Source: Planctomycetes bacterium GWA2_39_15 | Lineage (GTDB): Bacteria; Planctomycetota; Brocadiia; Brocadiales; Brocadiaceae | Assembly (NCBI GenBank): GCA_001824485.1 | Contig: MHXP01000208.1 | Location: 1 to 49,004, forward strand | DNA: 49,004 nt | Direction of reading: 5' to 3' | Shown here: piece by piece, positions 1 through 7,167 of the stretch | Layout of the letters: each line of letters starts with the position of its first letter | How positions within the stretch are numbered: position 1 is the stretch's first letter | Translations under genes and position numbers: made by a program | The notes under the pieces: generated by a model | Databases searched by the model: none | Told to the model about the DNA's origin: nothing | What the model saw: the letters and a program-made list of their open reading frames with translations, nothing else

Positions 1-146
1 AGGTTGAAATCATAACCAAGTTGTTCTGACAAAAATAGCAATTCTACCTGATGTCTTTTCATTTTCAAAACAGAAGAAAGTATTGCCAGACCATTGTTAA
101 TACCCACTGTTGAACCGATATTGAAATTAATGAATAAAATTTTCAT
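1..146 (-). CDS. N-terminal 48 codons of a gene running off the window; probable sixth B12-binding-domain radical SAM paralog
   Basis: Not in the ORF track because it is truncated. ATG at 146..144 (minus). My translation MKILFINFNIGSTVGINNGLAILSSVLKMKRHQVELLFLSEQLGYDFN stays open to position 1. The N-terminal pattern matches MNILVINI..VGLGYITTAMKNAGFDF (32059..33459) and MRILLVVY..QGLAYVASVLQKNGYEI (35556..36944). The CxxxCxxC region would lie outside the window. Confidence 0.4.
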   Translation of the reverse strand, partial: MKILFINFNIGSTVGINNGLAILSSVLKMKRHQVELLFLSEQLGYDFN

Positions 147-156
147 AGTGGCGTTA

Positions 157-197
157 TTTTACAACCCCCTTTCCCCACTTTTTAAGGGGAATTAACC
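157..197. repeat. short degenerate copy of the GC-rich palindromic intergenic repeat family
   Basis: Sequence ttttacaaccccctttccccactttttaaggggaattaacc. It begins like the core of the 1155..1270 element (tttaccacccctttatcc) and carries the hairpin ttcccc-N9-ggggaa (171..191). It sits between the stop of 209..1141 and the start at 146. Confidence 0.3.
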
Positions 198-208
198 TAA
201 TTCGTCCG

Positions 209-1141
209 CTACAGACGTTTATAATATTCTATTGTTTTCTGTAAACATTTATCCGTATCCAGTACAGGCTCCCATTTCAGCAGGTTTTTGGCAAGACTAA
301 TGTCAGCATACAACTCCATATTTTCGCCCTTCCTGTATGGATGCGCACCCCACAGCGGTCTTCCGCCCCCTGTCAAAGCCATTATTTTACCTATCATTTC
401 TTTAATTGAAACAGGTAAACCCGATGCTATGTTTATTATATGCCCCTTAGACAGTGGAGATACAGCCGCTTTTATCATTGCATCGGTTACATCTTCCATA
501 TAGCAGAAATCTCTTAATTGTTTTCCTTCTGATGTTTTAAATTCACTCTTATTTAAACAGCCCTTTATAATCTGGGGCAGGAATCTCTGGTCATTCTGGC
601 CTGGTCCGTAAACAAGAAACAGCCTCAGAGTAACTCCAGGAAACCCTTCGGTATGATGAAGCATTTGTATGAAATGGGACGCAGCAACTTTTGCAAAAGA
701 ATAAGGAGAAATCGGGCGTTCCCGCATCGTTTCTCTTTGCGGAGCAGGGGCAGCGCCATATTCATCGCTGCTGCCGACCTGAACAAAACCTTTTAGCCTT
801 TCTCTGTCAAGACATTCAATCAAATTCATAAGACCGATAAAATGAGATTCTATCACCTTGCGTCCACCCGAGAAATAATAACTGTGGTCTATATACCCGC
901 CAAGATTAAAGACGTAATCAAATGACTTATGCAAGAGGACGGATTTTAAGACATCTTTATTGCAAATATCAGCTTGAAGATACTTAGTACCACTCAGACG
1001 ATGTCCTTTATCCAATCTATCGGTTAATCCAAGACAGGTAACATTAGATGTTTCATTCAAGCATCTTTCAGCAAGATGTTTCCCAATAAACCCTGTACCT
1101 CCAATAATCAATATCCTGTCAGAAGTTGATAAGATACCCAT
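209..1141 (-). CDS. NAD-dependent sugar epimerase/dehydratase (extended SDR)
   Basis: 310 aa ORF. N-terminal Rossmann motif ILIIGGTGFIGKHL. Catalytic YxxxK present as YSFAK. Length and layout are typical of nucleotide-sugar epimerases/reductases. Confidence 0.8.
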   Translation of the reverse strand: MGILSTSDRILIIGGTGFIGKHLAERCLNETSNVTCLGLTDRLDKGHRLSGTKYLQADICNKDVLKSVLLHKSFDYVFNLGGYIDHSYYFSGGRKVIESHFIGLMNLIECLDRERLKGFVQVGSSDEYGAAPAPQRETMRERPISPYSFAKVAASHFIQMLHHTEGFPGVTLRLFLVYGPGQNDQRFLPQIIKGCLNKSEFKTSEGKQLRDFCYMEDVTDAMIKAAVSPLSKGHIINIASGLPVSIKEMIGKIMALTGGGRPLWGAHPYRKGENMELYADISLAKNLLKWEPVLDTDKCLQKTIEYYKRL

Positions 1142-1154
1142 TTGTTCCTATAGC

Positions 1155-1270
1155 ATTACCGTGTAAAAACTTCTTTTTTTAGCAAGATTTTTACCACCCC
1201 TTTATCCTCTCCTTGCAAAGGGGGGGGAAATAAGGGGTGGTTATCTTGGTTGCGGCTATGCTGCGCTATG
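1155..1270. repeat. copy A of a ~115-bp composite intergenic repeat (conserved arms flanking a GC-rich palindrome)
   Basis: Left arm attaccgtgtaaaaactt and right arm ttggttgcggctatgctgcgctatg are identical to 10484..10596 (18/18 and 25/25 by my alignment). The centre is the palindrome accaccccttt..aaggggtggt with a G8 run. It lies 13 nt upstream of the start codon of 209..1141 and 21 nt past the stop of 1292..3154. Confidence 0.85.
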
Positions 1271-1291
1271 AAATTTTGTACCGTCCAGAGG

Positions 1292-3154
1292 TCATGTGAG
1301 AAATGCCTTCAGGGTTTCCTCTGTTGCAGGATAAAAAAGTTCTTCTGTCTTTTTTTTCCCTCTGGCAATTAAACTTCTTATCTCTTCCTCTCCAAGGCTG
1401 ATGGCCCGTTGCACTGCTTTTGTAATCTCATCTGTACTGAAAACAGGTTTAAAATCGGGATAATTTTTAAACCATTCAAGTATATTTTGTTGTAAAGTAG
1501 TTTCCTTACCGACAATTACTGTAGGAACACCCCGACATACTGCCTCGACAGCAGGACTGCCATCCGATGTCACAACACATTTGCACCTGTGTAACCACTC
1601 GCCAAAATCACCGGTTATCCATTCCCATCCCTCAGGTAAAGATTCTCTTTTTAATGCTCTCATTATAAAGTTTATATTGTACATAGGATGTGGCTTTACT
1701 ACTATCGGCACAATAATCTGCGTCAAACTTTCAATACATTTCGACAACAGTTCTACAGAAGCGTCAGCATCCATCGTCAAAGCAATTAAAACGACACGTG
1801 GTCTCTCGTTATTTCTCTTAATAGAAAATTGTTGAAAAAGATGCATGTATTTAAGGACTGGCCCGGCTATCAACTTTTCCACGACCATGCCTTCCTGTTC
1901 TAGTTTTTTACACATCCATGGTCCGTTGGTTATGATCCGGTCTGGGTACGGTCCCATTTTTGATTCCTCAGGTGTTCCTGAGTACCGTAGGTTAAACGGC
2001 TGGCCCCCTGCATGCTGGTACCCTATGGTCATTACCTCTGGCATAAACTTTCTAAAAGCTAATATTTGTGGCTTCTCATTACTATAGTTTTCAAAAAAAT
2101 CAATAAAAGAATGTACTCGTACATTCTTCTCTTTCCAATTTTTGATCATTCTGTAGTAGAGTAAAAAATTGACTGAAAATACGTTTCCTGCCTGCCGCCA
2201 ACGGCACATTTTGACGAGCCTGGTTATATCCCATCCATTGACCACTTGCGTGCCTTTGATTTTGTTTAACCCTTTCAATACCTGATAAATAGCCCAAATA
2301 TAATCCCTAAACCCAACGTGGTCTTCCGGTATTATGAAGGGTTTGGAATTTTGCCTGAGCCACTTGTAGGCTGAGATAAGACCGCGATTCATATTATACA
2401 GTCTGGCCAATGTCCAGATATCAAATCCTTTTTCTTTCAGCCAATTCGGTAAGTTGGCGAAATAGCGATCGTTAAAAACGCCGTCTTTACCGAAGCATGC
2501 CTCATCAACACATGTGCGAATAATAATGCGCGGTAAATTACAGTTTTTATAGAAATTATGTTTATCAAACTTCAAAGTGTACTTCGCCGCCAACCAGGAT
2601 TTTGACAAATACCATATGCCTAAAACCCAGCGTCCCGCCAGGAGAAAAATTTCTTTTACTATTTCACTGACGACTTTAATCCACACGTTTCCTGTTGTTT
2701 CTATGTTCCTTCCCCTTTTTGTAAGTTCATCCCGCATTGTTTGGATAAGTGGTATAGATTCACAAATCACCATGATATTTTCTTTATGCTCATCAATTAT
2801 CTTACTGACCACATTAAGGTAGCAAAGATATAAAAACAAAGGGTTTATCTGGGTATTCCTTTCCCACATAAATGAAGCCCACCATGAAATGTCGTTCTGG
2901 TATATTCGTGAGAAAGATGCGCTCCATCCCACAAAAGGACGACGTAGTTCCCATGCAGATTCATGAATATCTTTACTGATAGATACATGATTGAATGATG
3001 TGAGGGCATCTTTCAAGCTGAGTAAAGTCTTATATGATCTCCCCAGATATATCCAATCGGCTGTATTATGTTTAATCGCGATCTTCTTTAAATTACAAAC
3101 ATCCATACTTTCATGTACTAATAATATTTTTGCTTTCTTGTAACAGTTTAGCAT
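1292..3154 (-). CDS. 620-aa orphan; putative GT-B-type (TagF/KpsS-like) glycosyl- or glycosylphosphotransferase, function unproven
   Basis: Long ORF with a 7-nt overlap to the upstream gene. C-terminal signature VVKPHPMY ..(about 45 aa).. VVTSDGSPAVEAVCRGVPTVIVG is shared in layout with 7168..9126 and 33668..35524. Hydrophobic segment IFLLAGRWVLGIWYL near residue 170. I recognise no N-terminal domain. Confidence 0.5.
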   Translation of the reverse strand: MLNCYKKAKILLVHESMDVCNLKKIAIKHNTADWIYLGRSYKTLLSLKDALTSFNHVSISKDIHESAWELRRPFVGWSASFSRIYQNDISWWASFMWERNTQINPLFLYLCYLNVVSKIIDEHKENIMVICESIPLIQTMRDELTKRGRNIETTGNVWIKVVSEIVKEIFLLAGRWVLGIWYLSKSWLAAKYTLKFDKHNFYKNCNLPRIIIRTCVDEACFGKDGVFNDRYFANLPNWLKEKGFDIWTLARLYNMNRGLISAYKWLRQNSKPFIIPEDHVGFRDYIWAIYQVLKGLNKIKGTQVVNGWDITRLVKMCRWRQAGNVFSVNFLLYYRMIKNWKEKNVRVHSFIDFFENYSNEKPQILAFRKFMPEVMTIGYQHAGGQPFNLRYSGTPEESKMGPYPDRIITNGPWMCKKLEQEGMVVEKLIAGPVLKYMHLFQQFSIKRNNERPRVVLIALTMDADASVELLSKCIESLTQIIVPIVVKPHPMYNINFIMRALKRESLPEGWEWITGDFGEWLHRCKCVVTSDGSPAVEAVCRGVPTVIVGKETTLQQNILEWFKNYPDFKPVFSTDEITKAVQRAISLGEEEIRSLIARGKKKTEELFYPATEETLKAFLT

Positions 3155-3807
3155 TTTGTCACGAGTTTATTTATGTAGTTTTTTATCTCTTTTATATCCC
3201 TAAATGAGAGTACATCCGGACTAAATGTAACAAAATTGTTATTTAGTCCAATAAAATTTATTCTCGCCTCTTGTGCAGCTTTATAATCAAATAGCGAGTC
3301 ACCGATGTAATAAACATTGTTCCTTATAAAATTTTCATTGATAACTATAGCTTCAATTTCTCTCGATTTTACTTGTGCACTTCCAATAATTTTTTTAAAA
3401 AAACTGCATAAGTTGCGCATTTGGGTAATTTCTTCAAGCTCTTTTTGCGGGGTAGTCGACAATAAAAAAATGGGTATCTTTTTTGTGAAATATTCCAGGA
3501 ATTCAACGGCTCCTGCTATAAAAGAACATTCACATATTTTTTTTAGACACATCTCCGAGAACTTATCTGAAAGATTTTTGATCATGTGTGCTGGATCACT
3601 AATCTTTAGTAAGTCTTTAAACAGGTATTCAAATTTTGCATACCGTGACAATCCAATATTTCCCCTGTGATAAGCCATTGCTTTTTCATATACATCGGGA
3701 TAGCGTATAAAAACTTCATGAAATACCTCAGTCTTTACACTTACAGAATCAAGTATCACTCCATCAAAATCAAGTATCAGACAGTCAAGCTTTTTATATG
3801 AAGCCAT
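3148..3807 (-). CDS. HAD-superfamily phosphatase
   Basis: Motif I LILDFDGVILDS (DxDG), motif II LLSTTP, motif IV YIGDSLFDY. 219 aa. Confidence 0.8.
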   Translation of the reverse strand: MASYKKLDCLILDFDGVILDSVSVKTEVFHEVFIRYPDVYEKAMAYHRGNIGLSRYAKFEYLFKDLLKISDPAHMIKNLSDKFSEMCLKKICECSFIAGAVEFLEYFTKKIPIFLLSTTPQKELEEITQMRNLCSFFKKIIGSAQVKSREIEAIVINENFIRNNVYYIGDSLFDYKAAQEARINFIGLNNNFVTFSPDVLSFRDIKEIKNYINKLVTKC

Positions 3808-4696
3808 GCTCTTTTAAATTGTTGTACAAACGCGTGTACTCATCGCTATTCAATCGGCTCCATGGCTCTCTGCAGGTTCCCACATCCAGTCCCTTCATTT
3901 TTAAAATATCATAGCAAACAACGGCTCGTAGCGGTTTGATGCCCTGAAAGGCCCTTGCCTGAATAACTTTCAACTGAAGCTCCGTTGCAGCCTCAAAATC
4001 TCCATTCATAATACTGTTGTAAAGGGCAACAACAATTTCAGGAAATGCCGTAGAAGTGCCGGCAACACACCCTTTTGCGCCAAGCATGAAACCCGGCAAT
4101 AAAATACTTGCAGAACCCGGCAGTAAATTAAAATCAGGCATTTTTTTGTTTATGATATTCATCATCTCACCGAAAGTTGCCATATTTGCACCACTATCCT
4201 TCACGCCGGTAACTCCGACGTCAATCAATTTTGAAAAAAAAGAAGGGGTAAGCGTATAGCCGGTTGTCCGAGGATTATTGTAATAGTGTACGGGTATACG
4301 AACTGAATTTACTATTTTTTCATAATGTTTCAGAATCGAAGCTTCATCGTATCCAAATGAAGAATAGTAAAACGGAACAACACCCGCTACAATATCAGCA
4401 CCAGCAGATTCAGCATGCTGTGCTAAATAAATGGATGTTTTGGTCGAAGGTGATCCTACATGGATAATTATTTGCAAACATCTTTTTTTAGCATGTGAAA
4501 TTATTATCTTAGCGGCATTCATTCTTTCCTGAGTGCTCATTAAGGGAAAACTTCCGTATGAACCAATAGCGAATAAACCGTGCACCCCCTTTTCTGATAA
4601 AAAATCAATGAGATTTCGTATCCCTTTTTCGTATATTTCTCCCCCTTCAGTAAACGCAGTAATTATTGGTGAGATGACGCCTTTAACATTTATCAT
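3794..4696 (-). CDS. DapA/NanA-family class I (Schiff-base) pyruvate aldolase
   Basis: GLFAIGSYGSFPLMSTQER occupies the position of the GTTGE region. VHYYNNPRTTG matches the Y-N-x-P motif. GVTGVKDSGAN contains the candidate Schiff-base Lys. 300 aa. Confidence 0.8.
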   Translation of the reverse strand: MINVKGVISPIITAFTEGGEIYEKGIRNLIDFLSEKGVHGLFAIGSYGSFPLMSTQERMNAAKIIISHAKKRCLQIIIHVGSPSTKTSIYLAQHAESAGADIVAGVVPFYYSSFGYDEASILKHYEKIVNSVRIPVHYYNNPRTTGYTLTPSFFSKLIDVGVTGVKDSGANMATFGEMMNIINKKMPDFNLLPGSASILLPGFMLGAKGCVAGTSTAFPEIVVALYNSIMNGDFEAATELQLKVIQARAFQGIKPLRAVVCYDILKMKGLDVGTCREPWSRLNSDEYTRLYNNLKEHGFI

Positions 4697-5418
4697 ATGT
4701 TCTCCTTTTTATTATCTTTATTTAGCAAGAATTTAACGTACTCAAATTGGAATTCGTGGTCTATATCTATAGACCTTTCAAAAGGCATAATATAAGGGAT
4801 AGGTTCAGTCCCTATTAGATTTTCCTGTTTTTTTAACCGCATTACTGTATTGAAAATAATAGCTCCATTATACCAAAACGTCATTGTATGCTCTTGACTG
4901 CGCGTTGTTCTTAAATACTCCCTTGGGAAAACCGGGACTAAGCGGTTATCTTCTGAGATTGCGAGTGCCAAATGAATGGGTCTCTCGTACCGCGTTACGC
5001 TCACCACAGGAGTTTTGATGTCGTTATTCAAAAAAATTTCCCAAGTGTCTTTGATATCGGTAACATTTCGCAGGGGAGAGGTCGCAAGCATTATTCCAAC
5101 CGCAACATCGTCTTTTAGATTTAAAGCTGACAGCATTTCTTTAATCACGTCTATAAGGAGGATGTTATCTCCGGACAATTCTGCCGGTCGTCTATATCCC
5201 TCTGCGCCGTAATACCTGCCAATATTAAGAATCTCATCGTTTTCAGAGTTTACTATTATTCTTGAAAAAATTCCACTTTCTCTGGCTTTAACAATAGTGT
5301 GATATAGTAACGGTTTTCCGTTACATTCTTTTATGTTTTTATTTTTAACTCTTTTTGACCCTCCCCGCGCAGGAATGATGCATATACACTTGCTTTTGTG
5401 AGATTCCTTTGATTCCAT
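4693..5418 (-). CDS. CMP-sugar synthetase (acylneuraminate cytidylyltransferase family, CTP_transf_3)
   Basis: N-terminal CIIPARGGSKRVKNKN followed by NGKPLLYHTI. 241 aa. 4-nt overlap with the aldolase gene downstream. Confidence 0.85.
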   Translation of the reverse strand: MESKESHKSKCICIIPARGGSKRVKNKNIKECNGKPLLYHTIVKARESGIFSRIIVNSENDEILNIGRYYGAEGYRRPAELSGDNILLIDVIKEMLSALNLKDDVAVGIMLATSPLRNVTDIKDTWEIFLNNDIKTPVVSVTRYERPIHLALAISEDNRLVPVFPREYLRTTRSQEHTMTFWYNGAIIFNTVMRLKKQENLIGTEPIPYIMPFERSIDIDHEFQFEYVKFLLNKDNKKENI

Positions 5419-5424
5419 TTTTAA

Positions 5425-7167
5425 CTAGAGGTAATTTCCTATCCCCTTATAAAAATTGTAATAACTTGTCGGTGTGATAATGTGAATATCCTCTTTTTCT
5501 TTCGAAAGCAGATAATTATTGATTTGTCCGAGATGCCATGCGCACCAATGGTGTCGTTCTATTATTAATTCTCTCCTTTCATATTCATCTTCATCATGAT
5601 AAAACAAAAATTGTCCTTCTTTATCGGTTGAAAGATAACCATCCATCCCGGCAACATAAATTTTTTCAGCCCCCATAACGATTGACACCGCTATTAACAG
5701 AACGGAAACCGTACGACAATTACTTGAGATTCTTCCCGTAGTGTCAATATCAAATCCTTTATTGACAATGTCATCATAATAAATTCTCTCGTATGGACGA
5801 TCTAAATAAGTTCTTACCAAGGGGTCTGGGATATATTCTCCTAAAAGTATTTTGGAGTCGGGGGCTACCGTATCATAAAAGCGAAGGAATCTTTTTGACA
5901 GGGTGAAAGCATGATAATGCGGTTTAATTAAATTTCCAAGATAGTTCGCACCGATTACGATAGGGCTATATTTTTCAATAAACGCCTGTATTCTTGTTTG
6001 ATATTCCTTAAGAGTCGGACCATTTGCAAGAATAAGAAAAGATTTTCCCCTATGCCTCCCAATGTAAGGAACACAGACCTTCTGTTTATTAAAATCAACT
6101 GACTCTTTTCCCACCACCTTAATATCCCGAAGTACGCCATCTCCAATAAAACCGTTGATAATGACGTCGTCTATTATTTGTTTCGAATACCCTATGGGAT
6201 TCTTTTTTTTAATCAATTCCATAACTCTCCATATATCTTCCATGGAGTATCGCTTTCTATCGAGTAAATCTTTAACATAATTAGGATGCGTTGAAAATAC
6301 TCCCGAAAGCATAAATGGAAGACTGTACCCCCATGGATTATCCTCAAAAATTTTCATTAAAAAGGTATCTATACAATTAAGCACTGGCAGAGCATTGTAT
6401 CTATGGGGCTTAATTTTTTGAAAGTAAGCCAGGATGATTTCCGTGGGGAGATTTCCAGCCCCACGTCCCATGCCATACATCGAACTGTCAATTATATGCG
6501 CACCGCATCTTATAGCTTCAAGGGTGTTTGCAAAAGCCATTTGCAGGTTATTGTGAGGATGAAAACCAATCATGGCATTCGGGATTTCAAGGAAGGTTTC
6601 AATTATTGATTGAATCTGATTAGGGAATATCGAACCGTAGCTATCAGCAATGTAAACATAATCAACGTCCGAAGCCTTAAGTAAACTTATAAGATTTTTG
6701 ATATCAGAGTGGGTATAGCTACTGATGCCCATTACATTTAAAGAAACTTCATAGCCTTTGTTCTTAATTTTCTCTAATAAGTTTATAGCGTCTTTAACGC
6801 TATCCTTATGCACAGCAAGTCTTATCAGAGTTATCGCAGTGTTGTTGGCACAATCAAAATCGCCTTCTTCTATCTTTCCGTAGTCGGCCATTATAGCGAT
6901 TTTAGCACCATTAATACCTTTAGAAACTTCTCTAATAAGCTCATCCTCGGAAAACCTCCATATACCGTATTCTTTTCTATTAAAGTATTTTTCTGTCCCT
7001 CTGAATCCCAACTCAACATAATCTATTCCAGCCTTCGATAAAGAACGGTATGCTTCACGTACAAATTTCATATCAAAATGCCAGTCATTCACATAACCAC
7101 CATCTCTGATTGTACAATCTAATATTTTAAAATTATTGATGCTCTGTTTGTCTGACAGGTATTTCAT
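5425..7167 (-). CDS. fusion: HMGL-like (DRE-TIM, 4-hydroxy-2-oxovalerate aldolase-type) domain + C-terminal DUF115/Maf- or GT42 sialyltransferase-like domain
   Basis: N-terminal half: ILDCTIRDGGY and GFHPHNNLQMAFANTLEAIRCGAHIIDSSMYGMGRGAGNLPTE. C-terminal half: FLILANGPTLKEY (compare the GNGPSL motif) and SVLLIAVSIVMGAEKIYVAGMDGY (compare the Cst-II-type ..GYKEIYLSGIDFY as I recall it). Confidence 0.7.
   Translation of the reverse strand: MKYLSDKQSINNFKILDCTIRDGGYVNDWHFDMKFVREAYRSLSKAGIDYVELGFRGTEKYFNRKEYGIWRFSEDELIREVSKGINGAKIAIMADYGKIEEGDFDCANNTAITLIRLAVHKDSVKDAINLLEKIKNKGYEVSLNVMGISSYTHSDIKNLISLLKASDVDYVYIADSYGSIFPNQIQSIIETFLEIPNAMIGFHPHNNLQMAFANTLEAIRCGAHIIDSSMYGMGRGAGNLPTEIILAYFQKIKPHRYNALPVLNCIDTFLMKIFEDNPWGYSLPFMLSGVFSTHPNYVKDLLDRKRYSMEDIWRVMELIKKKNPIGYSKQIIDDVIINGFIGDGVLRDIKVVGKESVDFNKQKVCVPYIGRHRGKSFLILANGPTLKEYQTRIQAFIEKYSPIVIGANYLGNLIKPHYHAFTLSKRFLRFYDTVAPDSKILLGEYIPDPLVRTYLDRPYERIYYDDIVNKGFDIDTTGRISSNCRTVSVLLIAVSIVMGAEKIYVAGMDGYLSTDKEGQFLFYHDEDEYERRELIIERHHWCAWHLGQINNYLLSKEKEDIHIITPTSYYNFYKGIGNYL

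Noticed and set aside
1192-1240. The hairpins of the 115-bp elements as intrinsic terminators.
   Set aside because: In the transcribed (minus) sense the stem is followed by an A-rich tract, not a U-rich one. On the plus strand no genes need terminating.
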